A stretch of DNA of 64,000 nucleotides from Epithemia pelagica (Eukaryota > Protista > Bacillariophyta). This document shows positions 1-12,700 of this stretch, in pieces (positions within the stretch are counted from its first letter, which is position 1; each line of letters starts with the position of its first letter). The notes below the pieces were generated by a model. It was given only the letters and a program-made list of their open reading frames with translations. It made no database searches and had not been told where the DNA came from. The position numbers and the translations under genes were made by a program. The stretch is from positions 2,418,001-2,482,000 of the forward strand of contig OX337228.1 of NCBI GenBank assembly GCA_946965045.2, written 5' to 3'.

Positions 1-596
1 TTACAGTGAGGATCGAATCCAGTTTCTTCGTACGTTTCTCGAGTGGCGGCATCGACTCCAGACTCGCCTTGATTGATTTTTCCGGAGGGAAAAGTGTGGG
101 ATTTGCCATTCCACACTTGACAGAGCACGAGTTTGGTACAGTCTCGGTTCAGCAAGATGCATCCGAAATTGGAGATCTTTCGCTTGTATTGAACAAATTC
201 ATTCCATAAGCTGGAAAACTCTTTGATATCGGGAAGCAACGGAGAATACTCAAACATTTTCATGGCAAAGGGCTTCAAATGATTGAATCGAGGCAAGTTC
301 AAAATTGCATCCTCGGCAGCCGCAGCGGCAGGATCACATATCCAATCTTCATAAAACCACCAAGCCTGTTCTAGTTGGAAAAATATCTTTTCGGGTGTCT
401 CCAGTTCCGTCGCGGGGTTTAGATTTAAAAGAAATCGAGTATGGACATCTTCTAACGCATCCAGGAATTCTTGGTTGGCATTGTTGTCCGTGTCGCTCAT
501 GTCTCCGCCATGGTCTGTACCCGAGTTCTCCGTTCCAAGGCTAACATCGCTTTTGTGGTCCTGGATTTGCTTATCCAACAATGCCATGGCAGACAT
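1..596 (-). CDS. DCP2: mRNA-decapping enzyme subunit 2 (Nudix hydrolase); 3' end runs off the window
   Basis: Manual translation from ATG 596, absent from the ORF track because there is no stop in the window. It contains a Dcp2 Box A (LEDVHTRFLLNL...EKIFFQLEQAWWFYEDWI) and a Nudix box (GKINQGESGVDAATRETYEETG). Confidence 0.93.
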   Translation of the reverse strand, partial: MSAMALLDKQIQDHKSDVSLGTENSGTDHGGDMSDTDNNANQEFLDALEDVHTRFLLNLNPATELETPEKIFFQLEQAWWFYEDWICDPAAAAAEDAILNLPRFNHLKPFAMKMFEYSPLLPDIKEFSSLWNEFVQYKRKISNFGCILLNRDCTKLVLCQVWNGKSHTFPSGKINQGESGVDAATRETYEETGFDPHC

Positions 597-1382
597 GGTT
601 ACTCAGGGTCTTAATCTTCCCACCTTTATCCTTTCGTCGAGGTATTCGACGTCTCTCTTGATTCTTGATCCATGCAAAAATAGGGATAGAATAGTCTATT
701 GTAGTAGCAGTAGGTATATCTCTATGCTATGGGCATTGGGCGCCATAGACGAAAATCCTGGAGTAGTACACTTTCCGCTAGTGTCCGATTTTTATTCATC
801 CGTTGGAAATACTCCTCACTTTTATATAAGACTGATAGTACACCTTATCCAATAGTAGTGTACGATTGCTTGTCAGACAGCTCGAAATCGTCCGTCGGTT
901 CAACCAGATACTCTGCCATGAACTGTACGATTTTTCAGAGTCGCGCACTTTTTTGGGTAGCCGTTGAACATCATTTGGACCTGTCGCGCGGACTTCGATT
1001 GCCTATGTAGCTATAACGTAGGACTGTCACAGGACACCCTAAGTATTGTTCGTCGTGCTCTGGGAGCGCGCCCCACTTCTCCACCTCGCGCATGCAGACG
1101 CAGACATCTCTCAGAAAATGATCGACTTTTCCAAATATGTCACAAACAATGAGCCGAAGTGTGTGCAAGGATGCGTCCAAGAGAGGTGGACGCTTCGTAT
1201 GAACCTATATGAAGCACATCGACCATTCTTTTGTCTTGAGACGACGACTTCTCCCAGATCTTCTTCACTCCGCGTATTCCTGAGTGGCCCATCAGAGTGC
1301 ATTTCTCCTTGATAATCGATGAGACGCGGTTCACGTCCGCATTGAATGAGTTTACAATCGAATAGAGAGAACACTGATAATC

Positions 1383-4300
1383 ATGAGTAGCCGGAACCAA
1401 CATCCGCATTATCTTCCTCCATTGTCACCGAGACAAACTCAACCCAAAAAGCCACGAACAGGAGTTGCAGACTACTTTGCCATATTGGGAGTAGGAGACA
1501 AACTGATCTGGAAGCATACACAAAAACAAAATATCAATGGCGTCAATGTGGGTGAGGAACACGACAAGGACAACGCTGGAAATGAGGGAGGTGACGAAGA
1601 AGATTCTGTCGAATGCGGAGCAAGTCAGGATGAAGCACAGGAACGATTCTTGAGAGAAATTGTGGATGTCGCCATCCTCGCCTTGGATAATTATCCATCT
1701 TCGAGTAACGAAGATTCGCTCCTTCTAGGTACCTCGATGTCAGCTGCATCCGAAATGAGCGGCGGTGGCCTTCACAATCCATCCTTGATTTCCCAAGTCA
1801 CCTCCGCCGACCTATCCGATCAAAACCAATCGCATTTGTCTGCCGTCGTCACGAACAATCAACACTCTGCTATCCCTCATCCTCCACAACAGATTCCTCA
1901 ATCGCCTGTTTGCTCGGATGCCACAGGCACAACAATCACTCGCAATTCTCTACCTCCACCAAGAATTGATAGCACGAAAAGCGCACTTGGTACCGAACAA
2001 CAAAACTTGTGCTGGACAGCAATTCAGAAGACACTTCCAGCCTCGGCGGCGGGCTATGTACCAATATTCGCCATGGAAGACGATGACGAGGACAACAGCG
2101 AGTATGGAGCGATTGATGATAAAGAGGGCGGCGGGGCCATGTTTGATTCATATCCCAACAAACGTTCTAATCCGGGTGCGCCTGGAACTCCTCGAGGACC
2201 CTTATTGTGGAATAAGCACCAGGTCTGGGAGGCCAATTTATCGTGGAATTTTGGATTGCGGGCGGTGGTCCATGCACATCGACGTAAGGTGCTCAAATCC
2301 CTCACAGTCAACCCAACTGCACCCTCTCTCAAGGGCATGCTCCATTCCAAGTTGCAGTCGAAACTAAAACAGGTCATGTGGAAAGTGAACAAAGATGGTC
2401 CTGACAACGGGGCCAATGATCTTTTTCTTGCCAATCAACAACAAAAGTTTGTCTTGGCCTACCGACGGCGACAGCAGTCGTCTTCGGATGTCTCAGCGGA
2501 TGGAAAAGATGCCACTTCTCAGGAAGTAATCACATCGCATACTGGAGCGCCGTGTGACAATAGACCAGCGATTGCCGATCTTCGCCTTTTTTACATACGT
2601 TTGCATCGCAATCTGTTGGTGTTCCCAAAACGATGTTCGCACGCCAACGGAATAGGGGCACCATCCGACGAAACACAGAGTAATGCGACAAGTGCATGTG
2701 AAAAGATGTCCTCAGGAGGGCTGTCTGGTCTGTTTTTGGAGGGGGTATTCCAATCACAAGCGAGGCACTTTTCGAACAAGAACACGACCAACAGTATGAG
2801 CCAAACATTAGGAAATCACGGACGACAAGAAGCACAACAGTCTCCAACGGCATCTTTGGTTCCTGTGGAAGACTATCTCAATATGCCAGAGGGGTTTGAA
2901 GAGTGGTGTATCCCGCAAGAATATCGATGGATTCGAGATCCTCGACAAGCGGCGGAAGAAGAAGACCCCCACACGTTGGGCCTACAAAAGCAACGATCGA
3001 CCTCACCGCGGGTCGCGCTCCTTGGAAAACAGTATCGGACAAAAGTTTTGCAAACCAATGCTACCCTACCGGGATCCCTGGCAGATGACAATGGAAGTGA
3101 ATCGACTACTGGCGGTGCAGGTATTGAGGTGGCTGCCATGTCTCTCTCTCCCTCGCCATCCACAGTTACATCCAATGGTGGGAGTGCTGCAGCTGTTCCA
3201 GATCCACCGGCCCCCTTACCGACCACGACTTTTGAATCCCTCTTGCCCGGCTTGGTAACACAGCCTCCGCACAATGTCGAAGAGGAGACGCTTGCGAATT
3301 TCTGTTACGTTCCGACTGTGGCGTACCGTCGCCAACGAATTGGAGACGAAGAACGTTACCATGAAGATCCGGCCATTGTGGAAATGGCTGTGTCGTTTCT
3401 GGATGTTCACGGTAGACCCGTCATGCCTGGGGTGGAAACAGTTGATCTGGACTTTGACGACGATGATGACGAGGACGAAGGTGCCTTTTCGGTCATGGGC
3501 AAAACACCATGGAACGTGGCGGGTCGACACCCAATGTCGAGAAAGCCCACATCAAGACGATCGCGTCGCCAGTTTGGATCACCTGTCATTTTGGTCCGCA
3601 AAAATCAACCTTTTGGTTTCGCCGATGCCGCCTTTGCAACCAGTGTCCTGGATCGGTTTCCCACACGTAACTACAAAGGTTTGCCTCTGCCACAAGAAGA
3701 ATTACCAATGTTTTGTTATCCGACGGTATGTCGCTTGTTCAGAGCGCGATACAGTGACGCTCCCTTAGCCCAATACTATGGCTTTGTTGTCAAGAACGAA
3801 CGCGGTGACTCCATATATGTTAGTTGTGTCTCTTTTATGGAACCCCTGACAACACGGAAAGCAGAACAATTGGCACGAATGTCTGAAAAACGAAAGCTCA
3901 CAAGTTTACCACACCAAAAATTTTGCGAAAAGCGTGAACGACAACGATCTCGTCAACACAACATGAAAATGAAAGGTGTTGAAACGGCAAGTGATTGCTC
4001 AACGGAAGCCGACAGCAACTTTTTGTTGACAGGCTTCGATGACATGACCACGTTTGAAAACAAAACGATTTGCTTGGTGAGTCGGTTTCCTTTCTGGACT
4101 GCGTTTCGAAAGTTTCTGTCGCATCTTCACATTCTTTCGGGATCTGTATCCGACATTCCACTGGAAAGGTGCATTTCTCACCTATTACTATCGGTCCCTT
4201 TGCCCCGTCCCGGTGGGCGAAACGTGATTGTACCATTGCCTACTTTAAACACGAGCACTGAACCCATGATGGTGTTATCACTTCCACCGGAGAAAGATTT

Positions 4301-7300
4301 TCCCTTGGTTGATTTACCCTATCATCGTTTGGTTGCTTGCTTAGAAATAAATACCATTGTGATGATTGTATTGGGCATGCTGGCGCTGGAGAAAAAGGTT
4401 ATTGTTCTGTCGACAAGACCGTCGTTGGTGTTGGATGTTTGCGAACTCCTGCGATCTTTGTTGTTTCCCTTCGAATTGTGCGCACCCTACGTCCCAAGAC
4501 TAACAGAACCCTTCAAATCGTCGCTAGATTTCCCTGGTGCTATATTCGTTGGAATCCATGATGATGGCTCTCCCCACGGATTGGCGGCTACAGTTCGCAG
4601 GGACATCCCAGAAGACACCATTGTCGTTGATTTGGAAACGGGAGAAGTGGACTCTGACAGCAGCACTGATAGAGCCAAGGTCCTTGAAACTTCGTGGGAT
4701 ATTTTGCCCCGTGGACCTAGGGTCGAACTAGTTAAGGAACTCCAGGCGCTATGTGAAGATGCCGAAATTGCGGATGGTCAAGAACCACTGGATTCGCAAT
4801 ACGACTCCGCATTTGAAGTAGCATTACCGAATGCTATGATAGATGACGTTGTGGTGGAGGACGACTTGGACGACAATAATAAGCCAGAGCCCTTGGATGA
4901 CCGTGCGTTCCGAGACGCATTTCTGCGATTCTTTTGCAAGGTACTTGGAGGATATGAACGGTTCCTTGTTGTTCCCGATGCTGACTTTCTTATATCAGGG
5001 AACGAATGGTTCGATTCTCAGGGATTTCTGGCATCTGTTACATCTCGAACGTCCTCCGAACAGAGAGCGCCTTACTTGAGTGCGCTAGTATCCACGCAAT
5101 TATTTCAATCTTTCATTCAAAGACGTACTGAGGCCAGCGACGTACATTGCCTCTTATTTGATGAGTGCATGGCAGAGTATCATGGTAAGTTCGATTCGTA
5201 CCCTTTGATCTTTCCCTTCAGGCTCCACGCACATATTTCTCTAACAAGCTTTCGGGAAAAGCTTCTCCGAAACCTTACGGTCGTCTCGGTGATGATCTAG
5301 AGACTCTGCCAAATGGCGAAGGCCCAAGGTTTGTGTATAGCTTGTTGGTAGATCAATCAGCCGCGCTATCCGTCGCATACGATCAACAAATTTATGTCTC
5401 GAACAGAAGCTTTGACCATAGCGATGCTGAGTACAGTGGTGTTGCGGCCAACTCTTTGAAGGCGTCACTCAGCTTTGCGGAAAGTACAGCTGCTATCTCT
5501 AAGTTCGCAGAGTCCGCTTTCAATCCAGCTGGGGATCTGGTAACTGGTCCATCTCGAGACAATCTTCGTCCGAGTCAACGTTACATCTACTGCATTGACG
5601 GCAACCCGTGCTTTCCGCATCGCCTCAATCAATCCCTGTTTTTGCCCCGAGAACCTGATTCGTGGTTGGTTGAAATGTCCAAGCCGCCCGACCCATTGCT
5701 TGCTCGTAGCGAGAAAGAACTTGACGAGGCTGATCGAAGAAGGCGCTTGGCAACATCTCACCGGGGCTTCCAGAAACAGAACCGGAGATGCCTTTGGCAA
5801 CTTCCGAAACTAATGGGCTCACACTTCTTAGGCGCATGGCTGCTATGTATCCCTTCACAAGTATCGCAGCCAGGGTTGTCCCATAAACAGCAATCCCGTT
5901 ACTTGATGAGAGCTCTCGGTGCACTTCGATTACTACGTAGCAAGCAGCGCATTGTACCAGATGAAGCAGCATACCGTGCCCTCATGGTTGCTTGTGGAAG
6001 ATCGCAGAGTGATCGAAGAACCGAGTTGGTGAAACTTTTTGGCTTGTTGCGATCTGACGGAATCTTTCCTAGTGCGGTGACCCTGGGACAATACACACGG
6101 GCACTCGCGGAGGGATATTCGAAACAGTTGCTGGGAAACAATATTTCGAATCCTGAAGGCAATGCAGAAGAGGGGAGGGGATTGGACGCTGCTAGTGATA
6201 TCGCTGGACTAACTGGAAACCTAAGTGCACAACGTTGGGGATCTGCGGAATGGGATGCTGTCCTGAATTCGATGGATGGTCATTTGCCGATTTTGGAACA
6301 ACAGGGACGTAGATGGCGAAACAAGCAGCACAACTCGGAAAAAGATGACGTGGCCAGGGATCAAAAGAAGAGGTCAGCCCGTACGTCTTGGCTCCCTGTC
6401 GTCTATTCATCCTCGTTTGTTCCACTGACGGCTAGTCTAGATGTACCCACCGCGTCGACGCGGGTGAGAAACAACAGAAAAAAGCTTAATCAAGTCCAAC
6501 TTGTGGCTATGTGGTCTCGAACTCGATCATGTAGGTACTGCAGCTACATCCCACTCGAAGAAGAAGTTCAAGCAGGGTGGGACGTGGTGGGAGGAGACGA
6601 TGAATCTTCTGGTGCGATTAGTTGTCCTCGCTGCGGGTCTTTGTTTGTTCCAATGTTGGGAATTCAAGAATTCTCGCTAGAAGAAGCGGCATCGATCGGA
6701 GATTTCAATGGGGGTGATAATGCTGCGAACTCGGATGATGCGGACTTCGACTCACTGCCTCCCCAGATATCTCCACGTCTGCCCACGTCGAACGATGATC
6801 TCTCATCGTTATCTACACGGAATGTACACTTTGTTGCGTACAAGTCACCGGCTTCTGTACGGGTTGCACTGGAGCAGTATGTGGAAGGAGATGATTGTAT
6901 TCTGGAACGTGAAAGGTTGCGTGAACTAGACCCGGAGCTTTTCTATAATTTCTGGTGGTATTGTGCTCGGTTTTCACTGCCGTTGCCTCTATCCGTTTTC
7001 AATGGCTCCGACAATGACAAGAACAATGAGGAGTCTCCGGCGAATTGCATTGCATTTGCTGGGTGGGATCAATCTGTGGCCCAACGTGCATGTTTAAGCG
7101 CATCCCAAGTGCTTTCGCCTTTATTCGAGTCGACAGACAAACCGAGCGATAGTCTGGTTGACCCTTTTGACGACCATCCACTTCTTTCACGATTCAATCT
7201 ACAGGCATTTTATTCCAGCGTCTGGGATCACGAAGAACTGTCTCGAATCCTGGTTTGTCTCGTGGAAGCTTGTGATAAACGAGATTTCAAACCTGTCGTT

Positions 7301-7681
7301 GAATGCGTCATCGAAAACAACAAAAAGAGAAAGGAAAAGTACAAAAGTGTCCTGACTTCTTCTGCTACTTCTGTTGCACACGGCCCTACCGTCGAACTAG
7401 ACTTGTACAGAACCATCCTTTATCTTGCCAAGTACCAATGCACAACCGCATTCCATGCATTCTTCCCCGCAACGATGAAAGCATGCAAAGGCTACCATTT
7501 CTGGTGTGCAATTGGCCAACCACTTCCAATCTTTGACCGGCTCTTGAGAGATGGTGCTAAACGAGTCGCGAAGGAAAAACACACTGGAAATGGTGGCACT
7601 GCTGCCTCCTCACAAAGCATAATGAAAGATATCTCTGATATAGCTCTCGGATTCCGTTGTGTGTTTGGCCATTTGATATGA
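1383..7681 (+). CDS. DENN-domain Rab GEF, DENND4-like (uDENN/DENN/dDENN, PPR-like helices, C-terminal Cys-rich region); predicted intron 5185-5261
   Basis: ORF 1383-5300 has DENN motifs (LPMFCYP, YVSCVSFME, KTICLVSRFPFWTAFRKFL, PYVPRL, FLRFF...TQLFQSFI). A GTAAGT...CTAAC...AG intron joins it in frame to ORF 5333-7681, which has PPR-like DEAAYRALMVACG/VTLGQYTRAL and C-x2-C...CPRC. Confidence 0.85.
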
Positions 7682-7771
7682 GTTTGGTAAGGTCATGTTA
7701 TGTTAGTCTAACATTACGTAACACTACCATTTAAAGAGCTTAGTTCTAGTCTGTCATTAACATCATTGATT

Positions 7772-9213
7772 CTACACCTTTATATGTATTGCATTCGGAT
7801 TCCTTGTCTTATGCTTTCGGGACAACTCCGGGTCAACTCGGGCTGATGGATAGGAATCAGGGTGTGCCTTGAGCCAGGCGAGAGGACAGGTTTGGCTGCT
7901 TTTTAATCCCGATGTGATCTCTACACTCAAGCATACAAATGGGAATAAAATGCAATGAGTGTATTGTTTTAATTCTCGTCAACTTATAATGCAATCTTGC
8001 ACGTACCTGTCAATGTACCAAGACGTCGCCGAGGAAAGTCCTCCAGCGCATCAACAGTGCCCTGTTGCTGTTCCAAACTAGTTTGTGATTGCTTATTTTC
8101 ATCATTCAACGGGTTCGCCTCTTGCGTGGGGACGTCTGCCGGATGGAGGAGTTTGATGGGAATCTTTTGCCGTTCCATTTGATAGGAGACCCACCGATCA
8201 TCGTCCCAAAAGCAACTTTCGTGATAGTCGGATTGGTTCCAGAAAAAGTTACGGAAGTGCTTTGGTTTGAACAACATGCCACTTGTACCGCGACAAAAAT
8301 GGGCATAGTTCCAGTCTCTCAGAAAGCTTTCAGTTCTGTTTGATGATTGAGCCCGTTTCACCTGCTCTGTCTCCCTAACAAGTGGGAATAAATCCCAGTT
8401 TGGCTTTATCTTTTGAGTGGACTCGTCATACAAAAAATTCTCACCCTGGTAGCACCACATGGCATCTTGATCCATATAATTTGCGGCTCGAACCAAGTTT
8501 CCGAGATCTCGTTGAGTTGAAAACATGTCCTTGTAAGAATCCATGTCAAAAATGACGAGTGATGTGTCAGGATTCTGTTCATATACAAGCGGTCCGATAT
8601 ATCTGGTCATGGGACCGTAGTCAAAGAGGCGATGGATAATCACTCGAGGATGCTTCGAATACACACTCAGTAGTTCGTTAGTCGTGGGGTAAGAAGGGCT
8701 GTGGGTGATACTTTTATTGTCACTGCGATTCTTTTTGCGATTCTCGTCTTGTTGGAACCGCATGGGACGATCAGGGATGGACAGATGTATACAATCAAAA
8801 AGCTTGTACGGTGTGAACTGTAGAATGGCGTCAACTGCCTTCTGAAGAGTCCCCAGTTCTTCTGGTACAGCAGTGAGTGCAAAGCAACTTCGGCGCTGAG
8901 TTGGATCATGGTTGCCAACCGGAAAGGACCGAACCATCCCCATGATTGGATTTAGGATTACGGATTTTTCTGCGTGTGGATCACTACTGATCCTCGTCGT
9001 AAGATTCCCTTGTAAAATGGCCGATCGATTATCTGACTCAAGTGCCGTCGAAAGAATGGCAGCAGTTGAAGATGCCAGAGACATGTCTTGTTCGTAGAAC
9101 TGACCGACCAAGAACACAAAAAGCAAAGAATACGTTGGCCCCACAACAGCGAGCAGGCATACACGAAGAAAAGGCGGAATGCCCCTCTTTTGGTAGCGCT
9201 TCATCATCCTCAT
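7772..9213 (-). CDS. Type II membrane protein, putative GT-A-fold glycosyltransferase; predicted intron 7921-8006
   Basis: N-terminal TM helix, then DYGPMTRYIGPL, VIFDMD, GTSGMLFKP and WDDDRWVS, which resemble GT2-like motifs. The GTACGT...TAG intron restores the frame to a stop at 7772-7774. Confidence 0.55.
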
Positions 9214-9480
9214 TGTCTTTCTCTCTCGAATATTATCTTTGGAAGCACTTTGCTTCTGTCGTCGAACAAAGAAAAAAGAATAGAGAAAGACCTCTTCCAT
9301 CGACGGTAAGAAAGGTATGATTATTTGTATACTAAAAGTTCTCAAATTAGGACATTAGGAGGATGTTTCGTCTTCCTCTTCAAATTCGAAACCGTTATTT
9401 CTGTCTCTGTGAGGCAAATGTACACTAGCAAGAAGAAAACACTATCCCTAATGTCTGTTCAACTTTTGTCGGCCTGCAAA

Positions 9481-9613
9481 CAAAAGAAACTACTGTCTAC
9501 GGTACGAAAACGGAGGACGGTTCTAAAATTGTGTTTACAATGACCGTGAGCAACTCTCATCCCAACGAGCTATCCCAGCGCCAATTTTGGCCGGTCACCT
9601 GTGTCTTTTCTTG
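9481..9613 (-). repeat. 3' LTR of the outer element (133 bp)
   Basis: Matches 24164-24296 with one mismatch (TTTACAATG vs TTTACGATG). Confidence 0.92.
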
Positions 9614-9754
9614 GTCCCCTCATGAAGGTCATGGTTGCACCGTGGCCTTTATGTCTCTCTTCTTCTACTTATTCTTCGTATAACCCACTTCTGGCCTGCG
9701 TATGCAGTGTGGGACGTACCCAGTCACAGCCCTGGCTGTCGGGAAACGTACCAT

Positions 9755-12700
9755 TTAATAGAGCACCTTTTGTGCTAACCGTTTTCTCTCTGGTCCAACT
9801 TGTGTCTTGGTCAACATATCAGCATGATTGTCTTCGGATCTCTGGAATGCAATCCAAATCTCTTTCGCTGCCACTGATTCTCGCACATAGTGGTAGGCTA
9901 TGGAATTTGACTTTTTCTTTAGTGTCGAGTCTGGTCGACTGGTATTCAGCACCACCAATTGGTTATCGACAAGAACGTGCGTTCCATCCAGGATAGGGAT
10001 ACCCATCATCCGAAGCTTGTACCGCAGACCCTTGATTAATTCTGTTGCAGTCTTTAGTGCCACAAATTCTGAACCAAATGTTGATGTTTCAACACTGGTT
10101 TGCTTCTTCGAATACCAGAGAATTGGGGCTCTGTTCACATAGAGAAGGATCCCCGTGCGCGAACGACGCGTGACAACGTCTCCTGCGTGGTCCGAGTCAA
10201 CGTGACAAGTGGTCTGGACTGGTTTCCCCAGTGGTACTGGGGCATTGGGTGGAATAAGTTCCCTCACTTCAGGATAATAACTTGTCCAATCAAATTCTTG
10301 GGCAGCCGGGTGTTCAAATTCTCTTGCGTCGAGAACTATCTTGGATCGTTCGTGCGTATTCAGGTAGGCATAAATGTGAAGAAGGGCATGGAGATGGCCA
10401 ACCCGTGGAGCAGCTAGAAAGGCTGCGAGCATAGACACTTCCGTTGTAATGTCTATCCTCCCCAATTCCACGGCCCAACGTAGAATTCCAATGTGAGAAT
10501 GATAGAAACTGGCATCCTCTTCTGTGCAGTAATCGGATGCATCCAATTCCGGTCGATATCCAGATGGAAATACAGATGGTGCCTTTGACTTCAGCACTCC
10601 ATTTCTATCTTTGAGCCATTCCTTGACTTGTCGTACTGCATCCTTGATATATTTATCTGAGCCCAGGCTCCAATACACCCGACTTGGATCATCACCAAAG
10701 CGATGTTTGCTGACTTGTGAGCCCAAATAAAGGTCAGGTTCTTTGATTGAGTCACGCTTCAATAAGAAATGCTGGTCCAATTGCGTCAAGACACCTTTCG
10801 GTTTGTCCAACACGACCAGGATGTCGTCCGTATAAACTAGGAGGTATTCGTAGAACTGTTCTTTTGTTGCTTCCTTGGTTCCGACCCTCATCCATACATT
10901 CGGGTCAGCTTTGCACGCCACAAAATCCATCTCTTGCTCGAGTACTTGTGCCAACTGGTTTCTCCATGCTGCAGCACTTGTCTTCAGTCCATAGAGTGCC
11001 TTCGTCAGAATAGCATATTGTCCTTCCAGGTTGCCAAACTCTGGTCCACAGCGGAAATATACTTTCTCACCGCAAGGTGCATTAAGATATGCCGCGGCCA
11101 CATCTGCTGAGAGGATGTCTAAGTCATTCAATGCAGCATACAGGAGGGCAATTCGTACGCTGTCTCTGGACACGACGCTTGCAAAGGTGTGTTCGCTTGG
11201 TACCTCCGTCGTGCTTCCATCCGCAACAAAGCGTGCTTTGCGCATAAAATCCATTTTGATGTCGAAGACTATGTTGGTTCGGATCTCAAGATAGCCTGGT
11301 GGGGGTTGCTGTCCTTCTGCAATTAAATCAATACATGGCTCGATGTTTCCCATTTCCTTGATAAGGGCTTTCCGCCAAAACTCTGTGCCTGTTTCCTTGT
11401 CGATTTCTAATGCTCTCTTGACAGTCTTGGGTAGTTCCAGGCCAAACTTCTCATTTCGTTTATGATAACGAGAATGTCTTGCCCGTGCAACTTTGATTAT
11501 ACGTCTTCGAATCCGTAGTGATTTAGGTGCCCACCAGGCAAATGCTGGTTCTTGTAGAAGTTGGTTTGCTTCGGCATATTCCGCCACTTGTAGTGGATAG
11601 CTTTCTTTCATATCCCTCAACTTTCCCCAGCTAGTGCTTCCATCCTTCCATTTGATACAGAGGGACCATCCTTTGGTCGTCCATCGTGCGTATTTGCGTC
11701 CATTATGTTCGAAGAAACGATTTTCATGACTGATCGCAGTGGCGTCCTTCTTATGGTCCACAATCTCGTCCATTATCGCTATTGCCTTCCCTTCCTCATC
11801 AATTTGCTCATAGATACTTTCTGCTATCACATTTGCAGCATATGTATCAACTCGACCATCCTGGAAAACGACTTCGTAGAGGCCTGTATCAAGAATTGGG
11901 TTGGGATGACTTTTACCAATGAGTTCACCATCTTCATTTCTCTTCCTGCCTCGAACAATTGCTTGCATCATTCCATCCCCAGCTGGGAGTAGGACTCTTG
12001 CCGAGATGAACTTGTCGTAGGCCTCATGGCCAAAGTTATCTGCCTCAGGGATGGGTTCTGGTGGCTCCGTACTGTCATCCTGATAAGGCTCATATGTGGG
12101 CACGTCATCTGCTTCTTCATCTGGTATCGGGTTTACCCGGTCGCGCAGCTTTTCTTTCAATGCTTCATCGTATTCCTTTAATTTCTTTTGTGTTTCCGGA
12201 TTTTGCAAGTCTTCTTGGGATAGCGGGAAGACTGATGATCGAACAATTTCTTGTGCCTTCTTGGTCAGGACCCAACTTGCAATAGCACTTCCAACTGTCG
12301 TACTTGGCCCTAGCCACCGACCTAGATGTCGTCTTTCATGAGCGTCTGTAGGCTCAATGTACCATACGCGTTCCCACCATCCGAATTCGACAAGGGAAGA
12401 GATGTCTGGAGTGTCCCCTGTCATCTTTTCTTCTGGCGACATGCCCTCGAGTGAAGGGAGTGATAACGCTGTATGAGAGCGAATCAGACATTGTAGTTCA
12501 AAGCATCGGTCCCAATAGATTAGCGGTGCTGATGAGGTTCGCATTGCTTTTCTATACATGCGCTTGATTTCCCTTGCATTTGCTTCAGCTTTGTTCTGGT
12601 TGGGAGTATGTGCCTCGATTGGATGGATTATGGCACCTGCTTGTCGTGCTTTCTTCGAGAACTCTTGGCCTGTCAGAGCCATCGCATTATCCGGTGTATA

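Noticed and set aside
1383-7681. Two separate ORFs or a frameshifted DENN pseudogene
   Set aside because: A 77-bp GT-AG intron (5185-5261) with a CTAAC branch site joins them in frame.
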